From Candidatus Sericytochromatia bacterium (GTDB lineage Bacteria; Cyanobacteriota; Sericytochromatia; UBA7694): a stretch of 64,000 nucleotides of DNA. This document shows positions 20,378-30,930 of this stretch, one piece after another (the first letter of the stretch is position 1; every line of letters begins with the position of its first letter). The DNA lies in NCBI GenBank assembly GCA_964229355.1, contig CAXRDE010000019.1, positions 389,557-453,556 of the forward strand, written 5' to 3'. The notes beneath the pieces are model-generated. The model was not told the DNA's origin. It saw only the letters and a program-made list of their open reading frames with translations, and did no database searches. The position numbers were made by a program, and so were the translations under genes.

Positions 20378-20804
20378 GCTTTTTGCAAGCTTGAGTCTTG
20401 CCACCACCTTATGCTTAATGACCGGTTGTGATCAGTTGAAAACCACCTGGCAACGCCCTGCCAAAGAAATGGAGCGCTTGCAGAAAGAAAACCGCAAACT
20501 GACCAAAGAAGTGGCCACTTTGCAGGACCGCATTGCGCAATCTGAGGCCGAAGGCATTATGAACAAGGTGTTGGTATCGCTTTACGATTTGCGTCATGCG
20601 CTAGAGAAATATGCCCAGGACAATGAAGGCAAGTACCCTTTAGCAGACAATATCACCGATTTGCAAACCCGTTTAAACCGCTATCTGCCCGAAAACTTTG
20701 AGGTAGAAGCGGTTTATATTGAACGGGTGCGCTCTCAACAGCGGGGCTATATCATGATCGCCAACGTCAAGGGGCGAGAAATTGTGGTGAGTAATCTGTT
20801 GTAA
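20370..20804 (+). CDS. Lipoprotein with coiled-coil segment, hypothetical
   Basis: Signal plus lipobox LMTGC. Overlaps the tal stop. Confidence 0.5.
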   Translation: MSKLFASLSLATTLCLMTGCDQLKTTWQRPAKEMERLQKENRKLTKEVATLQDRIAQSEAEGIMNKVLVSLYDLRHALEKYAQDNEGKYPLADNITDLQTRLNRYLPENFEVEAVYIERVRSQQRGYIMIANVKGREIVVSNLL

Positions 20805-20951
20805 GGTGGATTTCAAAAAAAACGCTTTTTTTTGAAATTTGTGATGCATGTCTACTTGTGACACCTTAAAAAAGCGTGTAATATGTATCTCTGTGGCGCG
20901 CAAACGAATTTAACTTTTGCTTAAGCTTGAGTTAGGTTTAGCGTGAAGTTC

Positions 20952-21024
20952 GCCGATGTAGCTCAACTGGTAGAGCAACGGTTTTGTAAACCGTAGGTCG
21001 TAGGTTCGAGTCCTATCATCGGCA
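20952..21024 (+). tRNA. tRNA-Thr (anticodon TGT)
   Basis: Acceptor GCCGATG/CATCGGC, anticodon stem ACGGT/ACCGT, loop TTTGTAA. Confidence 0.85.
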
Positions 21025-21036
21025 CTGCCCAATCAT

Positions 21037-21119
21037 GGGAGAATGGCCGAGTGGTTAAAGGCGGCAGACTGTAAATCTGCTCACGTTCGTGTACGCTGGT
21101 TCGAATCCAGCTTCTCCCA
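21037..21119 (+). tRNA. tRNA-Tyr (anticodon GTA)
   Basis: GGGAGAATGGCCGAGTGG…, anticodon loop CTGTAAA, long variable arm, 83 nt. Confidence 0.85.
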
Positions 21120-21124
21120 TACTT

Positions 21125-21196
<72 letters not shown>

Positions 21197-21262
21197 CTTT
21201 TTTATATCTATAAAATAGTAGCAGTACACGTACACACGACAATAAAGGAACTAAACAATAAC

Positions 21263-21862
21263 ATGACCCTAAGATACGCCGATAAGCTCGTCTTTGGTCT
21301 GCTGTTCTTTGCAGCGTTTCTCTTATTGATAAGCTTACTTCTTTTTAATCACGGTGAAGACCTGGCCTTCTTTATCTTGGCCATCACCATGATTCTCTCT
21401 GCAGTGGGCGTGGTCACCATCAAAGAAATTATACGCAGCGGCTTTTTAATGGCGCTGTGTTTTTTGTGTTTGGGGGGACTGTATATTGTCCTCAATGCCA
21501 GCTTTTTAGGTGCCGCACAAATCTTGATTTATACGGGTGCCGTGGCCATTCTTTTTGTCTTTGGCATCATGCTGACCCACAAAGGCGGTGCAGAAACACC
21601 TGAACACAGCTCTGAATTTAAATCGCTGTCCTTTATTTTTGTTTTTGTAGGGCTCTTTTTACTGATTGTTCGCGGCGTGTGGTTCGGAACCTGGAAGCTT
21701 GCTGAACAGGCAGCCAGTCAAGACATGGAGTCCATTGTGGTGATTGGTCAGCAATTCTTTAGCACCTACTTACTGCCCTTTGAAATTGCCTCACTGATTT
21801 TGTTGATGGCGCTGATGGGGGCCATCTTGATTGCCCGCAAGGAGGACGTTCTCCATGAATGA
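21263..21862 (+). CDS. nuoJ: NADH-quinone oxidoreductase subunit J
   Basis: Polytopic membrane protein. The ORF opens at 21155 inside the tRNA, so the ATG at 21263 with RBS aaaggaa is used. Confidence 0.75.
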   Translation: MTLRYADKLVFGLLFFAAFLLLISLLLFNHGEDLAFFILAITMILSAVGVVTIKEIIRSGFLMALCFLCLGGLYIVLNASFLGAAQILIYTGAVAILFVFGIMLTHKGGAETPEHSSEFKSLSFIFVFVGLFLLIVRGVWFGTWKLAEQAASQDMESIVVIGQQFFSTYLLPFEIASLILLMALMGAILIARKEDVLHE

Positions 21863-22208
21863 CGCATTACAGCAACCCGGGTTGATTCAACAAATTCTCG
21901 ACGTATCGCTGGGTCACTATTTGGTGGCAGCAGCGCTTTTGTTCTGTATTGGGCTTTATGGGGTAACCACCTCACGCAATCTGATCAAAGTCTTGATGTC
22001 TATTGAGTTAATCTTAAATGCGGTAAATCTCAATTTTGTGGCCTTTTCAAAATACGTCACCCCCGAAACCTTAAACGGCCAGGTCGCGGCAATCTTTATT
22101 ATGACGATTGCTGCCGCTGAAGCGGGCGTGGGTCTTGCGATTGCACTCTCTATTTTTAGACATTTTAAAACGGTGGATATGGAAAAAATCCACCTGATGA
22201 AATGGTGA
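21855..22208 (+). CDS. nuoK: NADH-quinone oxidoreductase subunit K
   Basis: ~117 aa, three TM helices. RBS ggagga precedes the ATG at 21855. ORF opens at 21831. Confidence 0.75.
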   Translation: MNDALQQPGLIQQILDVSLGHYLVAAALLFCIGLYGVTTSRNLIKVLMSIELILNAVNLNFVAFSKYVTPETLNGQVAAIFIMTIAAAEAGVGLAIALSIFRHFKTVDMEKIHLMKW

Positions 22209-22212
22209 TGCC

Positions 22213-24219
22213 ATGCAATTGATCGCACAAAATGCCTGGCTGGTAGCTCTTTTTCCGCTACTGGCTTCTTTGCTTATTTTTTTGGCGGCCAGCGTTAATC
22301 GCGAAGCCAACCGCCTGGGGATGAGTCTGTCAATTCTTGGCACGGCCCTCTCTTTTCTCTGGTCCCTCGGTTTACTCGGCACCCGCTTAATGCAGCCCGA
22401 TGTGGTCATGCAAGGCGCCATGCGCTGGCTGACGGCCGGTGAATTTGATTTTCAGATTGGCTGGGCCGTGGATAATCTGACTGCCATGATGCTGGTGGTG
22501 GTGACTTTTATTAGTCTGCTGGTGCAAATTTACTCTGCAGAATACATGGCCCACGATAAAGGAATCCCTCGTTACTACGGGGCCTTATCGCTGTTTACCT
22601 TTTCGATGCTGTTGTTGGTGTTGGCGGACAACCTCATGGTACTTTACGCCGGCTGGGAGCTTGTTGGGGTATCCTCTTACCTGCTGATTGGTTTTTATAC
22701 CGAAAAACCCGCCGCGGGTGCAGCCGCTAAAAAAGCGTTTATTGTGAACCGTGTGGGTGACTTTGGTTTTTTGATTGGCATTATGATTCTGTTTTATATG
22801 ACCGATGCCCTGGGTTTTTCAGCGGTGACCGAAGGCGTTCTGGCGGGTAAAGTACCCGGTATGACCCTGACCCTTGCTGCATTGCTCCTGTTCTTTGGCC
22901 CCATTGGTAAGTCGGCCCAGTTCCCCTTGCACGTGTGGCTCCCTGATGCCATGGAAGGCCCTACCCCTGTTTCTGCCCTGATTCACGCGGCCACCATGGT
23001 GGTTGCTGGCGTTTATATGGTAGCTAAACTGATGCCCATTTTTGCCAGTGCCACCACCCCGCTGTTTGGTTCGTTCCTGGTGCTGGATTTTATTGGACTC
23101 ATTGGGGGCATTACCGCCATTTTGGCTGCAGCCATTGCGGTCACCCAAAACGATATCAAGCGGGTTTTGGCCTATTCTACCGTCTCACAACTGGGCTTTA
23201 TGATGATGGCGCTGGGCATGTACCAGCCTGTGATAGAAAACGAAGTGCTTGTTTCTATCGTGCCCCTGGGTTACACCGCTGCAATTTTTCACCTCTTTAC
23301 CCATGCCTTTTTTAAAGCCATGTTATTCCTCTGTTCAGGTAGCGTGATTCATGCGGTTCACACCAACGATATGCAAAAAATGGGTGGCTTGCGCCAATGG
23401 ATGCCGGTTACCGCTATCACCTGTTTGATTGGTACGGCTTCTATTTCCGGTTTTCCCTTTATTACCGCCGGTTTCTGGAGCAAAGATGAATTGTTGCTGG
23501 CCATGTGGCAGGCGGGCTCACCTCTCTTTGGCTTGGCTGCCATTGCCGCTGTTCTCACGGCTTTTTACATGTTCCGTCTTTATTTTATGACCTTTGAAGG
23601 CGATTACCGCGGTGACTTGCCCGCTGAAAAAATTCATGAATCGGGTTGGGCCATGAAGGGCCCTCTGGTGATTTTGGCCATTCCGTCTATTTTCGCAGGA
23701 TTCTTGGGCACACCCTACACCCCTGAAAACTTACATTTCAGCAGCTTTATTCACTACGTGGCTCCCCACGCCGCAGGGCATGGTGAGGGCCATGGGGCTG
23801 CACACCACAGCGGATTGGACCCTGTGGTATTTGGTGTGTCACTGTGTGTCTTTTTATTGGGTGCCGGTCTGGCCTATGCCATGTACCGTCGCAATCCGCT
23901 GCTCTCAGCCTCTGCGCTCGCAGAAAAGTTGGCGCCTTTGTATAAGGCCTCTTTGAACCGCTTCTATTTTGACGAGCTCTATATGCTGGGCGTGAAGTGG
24001 GGCATTTTGATGGTGGCTAAACTGTCGTACTTTGTCGATAAATTTATTATTGACGGTATGTTGGTTAATGGGGCTGGTTTATTGACCCTGGCCAGCAGTG
24101 AAACCCTGAAATATACCCAATCGGGTCGTATTCAAAATTATCTTCTGTCCGTTGTAGCACTGGTGGTCTTTTTACTGCTGGTGTTCTTCTGGTTGCCTTT
24201 TGGAAAGGTAATCCTCTAA
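22213..24219 (+). CDS. nuoL: NADH-quinone oxidoreductase subunit L
   Basis: 668-aa antiporter-like subunit. WLPDAMEGPTPVSALIHAATMV motif. Confidence 0.9.
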   Translation: MQLIAQNAWLVALFPLLASLLIFLAASVNREANRLGMSLSILGTALSFLWSLGLLGTRLMQPDVVMQGAMRWLTAGEFDFQIGWAVDNLTAMMLVVVTFISLLVQIYSAEYMAHDKGIPRYYGALSLFTFSMLLLVLADNLMVLYAGWELVGVSSYLLIGFYTEKPAAGAAAKKAFIVNRVGDFGFLIGIMILFYMTDALGFSAVTEGVLAGKVPGMTLTLAALLLFFGPIGKSAQFPLHVWLPDAMEGPTPVSALIHAATMVVAGVYMVAKLMPIFASATTPLFGSFLVLDFIGLIGGITAILAAAIAVTQNDIKRVLAYSTVSQLGFMMMALGMYQPVIENEVLVSIVPLGYTAAIFHLFTHAFFKAMLFLCSGSVIHAVHTNDMQKMGGLRQWMPVTAITCLIGTASISGFPFITAGFWSKDELLLAMWQAGSPLFGLAAIAAVLTAFYMFRLYFMTFEGDYRGDLPAEKIHESGWAMKGPLVILAIPSIFAGFLGTPYTPENLHFSSFIHYVAPHAAGHGEGHGAAHHSGLDPVVFGVSLCVFLLGAGLAYAMYRRNPLLSASALAEKLAPLYKASLNRFYFDELYMLGVKWGILMVAKLSYFVDKFIIDGMLVNGAGLLTLASSETLKYTQSGRIQNYLLSVVALVVFLLLVFFWLPFGKVIL

Positions 24220-25742
24220 TGCAAAGCAATAGTTTTTTACTGACGCTGATTTTGGTCATGCCCTTGTTGGGTGCCCTCTCGATCGGTTTGATCAAGAGTG
24301 AAAAAGATCGTTTTTATCACTGGTTGGCAGCATTTTGGAGCGGCCTGACCTTTGTGCTGTCTCTGATTTTATTGGGGCGCTACGATATGAACGCCACCGG
24401 CTTTCAGTTTGTGGATGCCTTGCCCTGGATTCCACAGTTTAATATTCAATACCAGGTAGGCGTAGACGGTCTGAGTCTGCCCATGGTGATTCTTACCAGC
24501 CTGATTGTTTTTATTGCTGTCTTTGTATCCTGGCCGATTACCCATCGTTCCCGCCTCTTTTTTGCCATGTTATTGATTATGGAAACCGGTGTGCTGGGCG
24601 TCTTTACGGCCTTAGACCTGTTCCTTTTCTTTGCCATGTGGGAGCTGGAATTGATTCCCATGTATTTCCTGATTGGCCTCTGGGGCGGCGCGCGCCGTCA
24701 GTATGCGTCTATGAAGTTTATTCTTTACACCATGCTGGCCAGTGCGTTTATGTTCCTGGCATTTTTGGCCATTTACTTCCTGTCTACACCCCATACCTTT
24801 GACGTTATTGTGCTTTTACAAAATCAGGACACCATTTTGGCTGGACTGGGTAAGCCTTTGCAAATGGCTTTGTTTATTGCACTCTTTTGTTGCTTTGCCG
24901 TCAAACTGCCGATGGTGCCTTTGCACACCTGGTTGCCCGATGCCCACGTGGAAGCGCCCACCGCTATTTCTGTGGTGCTGGCAGGTGTCTTACTGAAAAT
25001 GGGTGCCTACGGCATGATTCGCTTTAACATGGGCTTCTTTCCCGACATGATGCATTACCTCAGTGTAGGTTTTGCGGTGCTGGGCATGATTAATATTCTT
25101 TATGGGGCCTTATTGGCCCTGGCCCAAACCGATATGAAGCGTGTGATTGCCTATTCGAGTGTTAGTCATATGGGCTTTGTGCTACTGGGCCTGGCAGCCT
25201 GGAACCCCACCGGTTTAAACGGTGCCATTCTGCAAATGTTTACCCACGGAACGATTACTGCCCTGCTGTTTATTTTTGTGGGTGTTGTTTACGAGCGCAC
25301 CCATACCCGTCAGTTGGAAGACCTGGGTGGCCTGAGTGCGCGTATGCCGTTGGCCTCTGCCCTGTTTGTGGTCTCAGCCCTGGCCTCTGTGGGCGCGCCG
25401 GGTATGAGTGGTTTTGTAAGCGAATTTTTGATCTTTACCGGCACCTATGCCAATACCCTGGCTGGAACCCCTCATTTTGTGATTCAAATCGCGACCATTT
25501 TGGCCGCTGTGGGGATTATTCTGGGAGCTGGCTACATGCTCTGGCTTACCCGCCGGGTGTTCTTCGGTCCGCTGGCTGAGCGTTGGCAACACCTGACCGA
25601 TATCAATGCCATTGAAACAGCCACTGTTGCAATCTTAATGATTCTGGTGTTTGTTTTGGGTATTTACCCCGCCTTATTGGTGGACTACATTAACCCCGCC
25701 ACGGTGCAACTCTTAAGTCAAGCACCTGGAATGGGAGGCTAA
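24219..25742 (+). CDS. nuoM: NADH-quinone oxidoreductase subunit M
   Basis: 507 aa. WLPDAHVEAPTAISVVLAGVLLK. Confidence 0.9.
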   Translation: MQSNSFLLTLILVMPLLGALSIGLIKSEKDRFYHWLAAFWSGLTFVLSLILLGRYDMNATGFQFVDALPWIPQFNIQYQVGVDGLSLPMVILTSLIVFIAVFVSWPITHRSRLFFAMLLIMETGVLGVFTALDLFLFFAMWELELIPMYFLIGLWGGARRQYASMKFILYTMLASAFMFLAFLAIYFLSTPHTFDVIVLLQNQDTILAGLGKPLQMALFIALFCCFAVKLPMVPLHTWLPDAHVEAPTAISVVLAGVLLKMGAYGMIRFNMGFFPDMMHYLSVGFAVLGMINILYGALLALAQTDMKRVIAYSSVSHMGFVLLGLAAWNPTGLNGAILQMFTHGTITALLFIFVGVVYERTHTRQLEDLGGLSARMPLASALFVVSALASVGAPGMSGFVSEFLIFTGTYANTLAGTPHFVIQIATILAAVGIILGAGYMLWLTRRVFFGPLAERWQHLTDINAIETATVAILMILVFVLGIYPALLVDYINPATVQLLSQAPGMGG

Positions 25743-25743
25743 G

Positions 25744-27291
25744 ATGGACTTTATTGCACTCATTCCCGAAATTCTGGTCTGTGTGACCGCTTTGCTGGTC
25801 ATTGCCTTTGACCTTTTGATGGATCCTGCGAAGCCCGCTGCGGAACGTACGGGCAAACTGGCTTTTGTGACCGGTGCAGGTCTTACGGCGGCCCTGGGCG
25901 CTTTAATCGGTTTGCATTTGGGCGGCTATTACGGTACCTCAGATTTTTATAACGCTTTTTTGCCTGACGCCATGTCGCTCTATTTCCGTGGAGCACTTCT
26001 GGTTTCGGGGCTATTGACCCTGTGTTTGTCTGTGGACTATGTGCGCCGCTTTATTAAGTATCCCGGTGAATTTTTTGCGCTGATTTCTCTGGCCACTCTG
26101 GGTGCCATGTTCTTAACCGCAGCCACTGAAATTACCACCTTGTACCTGGCGCTGGAGTTATTGAGCCTGTCTTCGTTTGTTCTGGTCGCCATGCGTAAAG
26201 ATCGTCCTCGCTCTGCAGAAGCCTCCATTAAATACCTCATTTTTGGTGCGGTGTCTTCGGGTATTTTGCTTTATGGTTTTTCATTGCTGTTTGGTATCAC
26301 CGGCAGCTTGAGCCTGGCGGAAATTCACAGTTATTTGCAACAAAACGGTGCTGACTTTGTGTACATGAACCAGCCTGCCACCCAGGGCCTGTCAAATGCC
26401 ATCGACTACGGCTGGCAGTCGGGTCACTTAAAGCTTGAGCTTTTGGCCGCCATTCTAATGGTATTGGGTGGATTGGCATATAAGATTGCCGCCGTACCCT
26501 TTCATATGTGGGCACCCGATGTGTATGAGGGCGCTCCCATCCCCGTCACGGCATTTTTGTCCGCCACATCTAAAGTTGCTGGATTTGCTGCCTTGATTCG
26601 GGTGTTTGAAATGTTTAACACCACCAACACCCTGGTGATTGCCACCAATTTCGTAATCATTATGGCCGTGTTATCTATGACCTTTGGCAACATTGTGGCC
26701 ATTGCGCAAAAGAACGTTAAGCGTATGTTCGCCTATTCCAGTATTGCCCATGCGGGCTATTTGCTCATGGGAATTGTGGCATTGTCGGATCTTAAGACCC
26801 GCGAAACCGCCTTATTGGGCTTATTCTTTTACCTGTTGGTGTACATCTTTATGAACCTGGGCGCTTTTGCGGTCATGACCCATTTGAGCACCCAGGCCAG
26901 AAGTTCAGACCTCCATGACTGGAGTGGTCTGGGTCGCCGCTACCCCTGGTTGGGCTTTGTGCTGGCCTGCTGTCTCTTGTCATTGACCGGCTTACCTCCC
27001 TTTGCGGGCTTTACCGGTAAATTCTACATTTTTGGTGCGGTCACCATGATGGGTACCGGCTATTTGTGGCTGGTGCTGGTGGGTGTGCTTAATTCGGTGA
27101 TCTCCCTGTATTATTATGCCCGTGTGGTACGTACCCTCTTCTTTGGTGAGCCTTCCGAAGGCCATGCCCCTGAAGCGCCTCATCCGGCCCTAACCTTTGC
27201 CAGTGTTGTGGCTTTTGCCGGTATTCTTGGACTCTTTTTGTTTCCCAGGTGGATCGGCGATTTTGTTTCTCAAGTGGGCACCCTACTTTAG
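25744..27291 (+). CDS. nuoN: NADH-quinone oxidoreductase subunit N
   Basis: 515 aa. WAPDVYEGAPIPVTAFLS. Last gene of the run. Confidence 0.85.
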   Translation: MDFIALIPEILVCVTALLVIAFDLLMDPAKPAAERTGKLAFVTGAGLTAALGALIGLHLGGYYGTSDFYNAFLPDAMSLYFRGALLVSGLLTLCLSVDYVRRFIKYPGEFFALISLATLGAMFLTAATEITTLYLALELLSLSSFVLVAMRKDRPRSAEASIKYLIFGAVSSGILLYGFSLLFGITGSLSLAEIHSYLQQNGADFVYMNQPATQGLSNAIDYGWQSGHLKLELLAAILMVLGGLAYKIAAVPFHMWAPDVYEGAPIPVTAFLSATSKVAGFAALIRVFEMFNTTNTLVIATNFVIIMAVLSMTFGNIVAIAQKNVKRMFAYSSIAHAGYLLMGIVALSDLKTRETALLGLFFYLLVYIFMNLGAFAVMTHLSTQARSSDLHDWSGLGRRYPWLGFVLACCLLSLTGLPPFAGFTGKFYIFGAVTMMGTGYLWLVLVGVLNSVISLYYYARVVRTLFFGEPSEGHAPEAPHPALTFASVVAFAGILGLFLFPRWIGDFVSQVGTLL

Positions 27292-27303
27292 GGTAAAGAT
27301 GGC

Positions 27304-27546
27304 ATGATTAAAGCACGGTGGCAGGGTTTTAACGTCGAATCCGGCGAAAATCAGGCTCCCATGCTGGTCACCCATTGGTATGTGTTGCAACAGGGCTTAA
27401 TTTTTGCCCTGTTTGCGGTGCCTCTTTTTTCTGGCCTTGCGGTGTGGCTGAGTCGTTTTTTACTCAAAGTTCAAGATAGACCTGTTTATATTCAAGGAGA
27501 TGCCCCCCATGAACCCACCCCTGAAAGTGCGCCCCCCTCATCTTAA
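27304..27546 (+). CDS. Small hypothetical membrane protein
   Basis: 80-aa ORF directly after nuoN with one predicted TM helix. Weak support. Confidence 0.3.
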   Translation: MIKARWQGFNVESGENQAPMLVTHWYVLQQGLIFALFAVPLFSGLAVWLSRFLLKVQDRPVYIQGDAPHEPTPESAPPSS

Positions 27547-29524
27547 GTCCCGTTGGCTCTGTGCTGTCCTGGCCCTGAGCCTATTCAGTCTACAGAGCAC
27601 CACTGCTCTGGCCCAGACGGCTTCTGCGGTAAAGGTGCCCGAGGCCATGGTGACCCGGAATATTCCAGCCCTGTCTGCGGAGCTTAAGGCTGATGTAGAA
27701 CAATACCGCCATGTGCGTTCAGCGGCCTTCGTGGATTGGTATCCGCCGCTGGCAGGACAAACCCACAGTCCCGGTATTTTAATGACCACCCGCTTTGCCA
27801 ATACCTATCAATTGCATCGGATCACACGCCCCGGTGGACGTCGTGAGCAATTGACCTTTTTTGAAGAGCCCGTGACCAGTGGCAGTTTTTCGCCCACTCA
27901 ACGGGACTGGTTTTTGTTTGGTAAAGACATCGGCGGCAGTGAAAACTATCAATTGTTTTTGCTGAATGCGCGCACCGGCAAGTCGCAGATGATTTCAGAT
28001 GGCCAGTCCCGCCATGGTGGGGCGATGTGGTCTCCCGATGGACAGCAGTTTGTGTTTAACAGTACCCGACGCAACCAAAAAGATAATGATATCTACCTTT
28101 CCGAGCTCTCAAGCCCCAGCCAGGCTCGCCGTGTCTTTACGGGCGAAGGCTACTGGACCACCATTGATTGGTCCACTGACGGCCGTGAGCTGCTAATCTA
28201 TCGCTATCTTTCGGCCCAAAGTTCTGAAATCCATCGTTTAAATCTTGCCACCGGCGAGGTGATACCCGTGTTTCCAGACAAAAACCGCAACGTGTCTTTT
28301 GGCAACGCGGTTTTTGCCAAAGACGGACAGGGGGTGTACTATACCTCTGATGAGCGGGGCGACTTTAAGCAGCTTTATTATCAAGCGTTTGATCAGTCTG
28401 CACCTGTGGCCTTAACCCCTCATATTCATTGGGATATTGGGGAGATGGTTCGCTCTCATGACGGCAAGACCCTTGCCTTTGTTAGCAATGAAGACGGTAT
28501 TGCTCAGCTGCGCTTATTGGATACCCGTACCCGTCAGATTTCGAAATTGACAGACCTTCCCATCGGGCAAATTTCGCGTCTGGCTTTTTCGCCCGACGAC
28601 ACGCAATTGGCCTTAACCCTGGCGACGGCCAGAGCGCCTGGTGAGGTGTATACCTTGCGTTTGCAGCAGCCTTTGCAATTGCAGCGCTGGACCTATTCAG
28701 AGGTCGGAGGCTTAGATACCGACGGCTTTGCTGATGCTCAGTTGATCCACTACCCCAGTTTCGATGGCCGTAAAATTCCTGCTTTTTACTATCACCCCCC
28801 GCATTTAAAAGGTCAAAAAGTACCCGTGGTGATCCAAATTCACGGGGGTCCCGAGGGGCAATACCGTCCGGGTTTTTCGTCCCGTATGCAGTATTGGCTC
28901 AATGAGTTAGGCATTGCGGTGATTGCACCCAATGTGCGAGGCTCCAGTGGCTATGGCAAAGAATATATTTCACTGGACAACGGTTATTTGCGTGAAGATT
29001 CGGTCAAAGATATTGGCGCTCTTTTGGATTGGATTGAAACCCAACCGCAATTGGATAAAGATCGCGTGGCAGTCTATGGTGGCTCCTACGGAGGGTATAT
29101 GGTTTTGGCTTCGCTGATTCATTACGGTAAACGCTTGCGCGCGGGTGTAGACAGTGTGGGTATTAGTAATTTTGTGACCTTTTTAAACAATACCAAAGCC
29201 TATCGGCGAGACCTGCGACGGGTAGAGTATGGTGATGAGCGAGATCCAAAAATGCGTGCCTTTTTAGAGAAAATTTCACCCACCACTCAGGCGGCTAAAA
29301 TTCAGTCTCCGCTCCTGGTGGTACAGGGCCTTAATGACCCCAGGGTGCCCGCCAGTGAGGCCGAACAGATCGCCAAAGCGGTAGCAGCCCAGGGAACACC
29401 GGTGTGGTTTTTAATGGCGAAAGATGAAGGGCATGGGTTCAGTAAAAAAGAAAATAGTGATTACTTAGAATACGTGATTGCGGAGTTTTGGAAAACCCAT
29501 CTGCTTCCCCCGGTGAAGCCGTAA
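27500..29524 (+). CDS. S9-family serine peptidase (prolyl oligopeptidase / acylaminoacyl-peptidase-like) with N-terminal beta-propeller
   Basis: Signal peptide. Repeated propeller blades. Catalytic GGSYGGYM nucleophile elbow with downstream Asp/His region (DEGHGF). Confidence 0.85.
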   Translation: MPPMNPPLKVRPPHLKSRWLCAVLALSLFSLQSTTALAQTASAVKVPEAMVTRNIPALSAELKADVEQYRHVRSAAFVDWYPPLAGQTHSPGILMTTRFANTYQLHRITRPGGRREQLTFFEEPVTSGSFSPTQRDWFLFGKDIGGSENYQLFLLNARTGKSQMISDGQSRHGGAMWSPDGQQFVFNSTRRNQKDNDIYLSELSSPSQARRVFTGEGYWTTIDWSTDGRELLIYRYLSAQSSEIHRLNLATGEVIPVFPDKNRNVSFGNAVFAKDGQGVYYTSDERGDFKQLYYQAFDQSAPVALTPHIHWDIGEMVRSHDGKTLAFVSNEDGIAQLRLLDTRTRQISKLTDLPIGQISRLAFSPDDTQLALTLATARAPGEVYTLRLQQPLQLQRWTYSEVGGLDTDGFADAQLIHYPSFDGRKIPAFYYHPPHLKGQKVPVVIQIHGGPEGQYRPGFSSRMQYWLNELGIAVIAPNVRGSSGYGKEYISLDNGYLREDSVKDIGALLDWIETQPQLDKDRVAVYGGSYGGYMVLASLIHYGKRLRAGVDSVGISNFVTFLNNTKAYRRDLRRVEYGDERDPKMRAFLEKISPTTQAAKIQSPLLVVQGLNDPRVPASEAEQIAKAVAAQGTPVWFLMAKDEGHGFSKKENSDYLEYVIAEFWKTHLLPPVKP

Positions 29525-29553
29525 AACAGCTTGAATGTAAATCCATAAAGAAA

Positions 29554-29582
29554 GGCCGTTATCTCAGGATAACGGCCTTTTT
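29554..29582. terminator. Hairpin terminator shared by convergent genes
   Basis: ggccgttatc tcag gataacggcc followed by T5; A-run on the opposite side. Confidence 0.65.
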
Positions 29583-29603
29583 AAGAAGCGTGTATAAGAA
29601 GGT

Positions 29604-30269
29604 TTAGAGGACGGTTTTGATGAGACGGTTGTTTTGCCACTGGGTTTCTTGACGATACCCGTAAGCGTCTACATATTGCTGCTGGCCGCCCGCATCGTTT
29701 TTATCACCACTGAAGTAAGCGATGGTTCCACCTACCACAGCACCGATGGCCATACCGGCAACACCTTTGCTCATGCCGAGCTTGCTGCCCACGGCTTCGT
29801 GCAGTTTGTTGACCAGCGGAATCTTACTGGTTACGCCACCGAACATGCCTCCACCCAGAGCACCGGTAACGGTCCGCTCAAAGGTGCCGACTTTTTCGCC
29901 AGAAGAGACGGGTTGACCCACCACTGCAGACTTTAACTCGTCTTCAACGAGCCAGCCGTCGTGGTTGACGTCAAACATGCGTAGCTCTTGACCGAGCTGG
30001 GCGTTTTGTTGTTCGACAGAAGCAATGTTCAATTGATCCGTGGAAATAACCTGATAGCCCTGGTTTGCGTCCTGGACAACGATCTCAACGCGACCGTTGT
30101 TGCGCATACCGTTCAGTTGGGTTTGGTTGGTTAAAGCAAATTGTTGGGTATTTGAAGGAGGAGCCTGTTGAACCGGCTGTTGATATTGTGGCTGTTGGGG
30201 GGCCGGTTGCTGGTACTGCGGTTGCTGTACCGGCTGCATAATCTGATTAAGGGGTCTTAACTGTCCCAT
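29604..30269 (-). CDS. Q/P-rich repeat protein with canonical EF-hand loop and C-terminal glycine-zipper membrane segment
   Basis: N-terminus QQPQYQQPAPQQPQYQQPVQQ repeats. EF-hand DVNHDGWLVEDE (D-x-N-x-D-G-x-L-x-x-x-E). C-terminus GALGGGMFGGVTS … GMAIGAVVGGTIAY. Confidence 0.65.
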   Translation of the reverse strand: MGQLRPLNQIMQPVQQPQYQQPAPQQPQYQQPVQQAPPSNTQQFALTNQTQLNGMRNNGRVEIVVQDANQGYQVISTDQLNIASVEQQNAQLGQELRMFDVNHDGWLVEDELKSAVVGQPVSSGEKVGTFERTVTGALGGGMFGGVTSKIPLVNKLHEAVGSKLGMSKGVAGMAIGAVVGGTIAYFSGDKNDAGGQQQYVDAYGYRQETQWQNNRLIKTVL

Positions 30270-30567
30270 TGTGATTCCTCCAAGACATTTGGCTTCTTAT
30301 ACCTGTATATCGGGCTGTCGGGATCAGATCTTGTGCCCTATGCTTACATTTTCTAAGAATTTAATCCTAATTTAATCCCATGACGGTGAAATGATTCTGG
30401 TAAAACCCCGTCTCTGCGTGTATTATAACGGATCTCAGGGTTGGAATACAACACCCGCGAACGTCCCCGGGTGGCGGGCTTTCAGATGCGTAAAACCCTG
30501 CCTTGATGCTGTGCGGGCTTTGAAACTGCTACACTGAAAGACAGCAAAACACGAGGGAGCTATACCC

Positions 30568-30930
30568 ATGGGCATGTTTTGGAATATGCATCAAGATCAA
30601 AAAATTCGCGCCGCAGCTGAACAGAGCAGCCGCAGCAGCCAAAAGGCCTCTCAGCTTGATGACCGCTTGCGCTTATTGGAGCAACGCCTTGACCATTTAA
30701 CCCTTTACACCCAGGCCATGTGGGAGCTGATTCGGGAAAACACCCGTCTTGAAGAGCAAGATATTATTGAACGCGCCCAACTGATTGATGGCCGTGATGG
30801 CAAAACCGATGGTAAAATTAGCACGTTGATTCTGACCTGTCCGGCCTGTCAACGCAACAATAACTCTGCAAAAAAGCAATGCATGTACTGTGGTGAAGCC
30901 CTACCCCGTGAACATATTTTTGAAAGCTAG
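30568..30930 (+). CDS. Small coiled-coil protein with C-terminal zinc-ribbon
   Basis: CPACQRNN … CMYCGEAL (CxxC…CxxC). Confidence 0.5.
   Translation: MGMFWNMHQDQKIRAAAEQSSRSSQKASQLDDRLRLLEQRLDHLTLYTQAMWELIRENTRLEEQDIIERAQLIDGRDGKTDGKISTLILTCPACQRNNNSAKKQCMYCGEALPREHIFES

Noticed and set aside
20806-20845. Palindrome ttcaaaaaaaacgcttttttttgaaa after the lipoprotein gene
   Set aside because: Perfect inverted repeat but an AT-only stem. Could be a weak terminator or regulator site upstream of the tRNA cluster. Too weak to call a feature.
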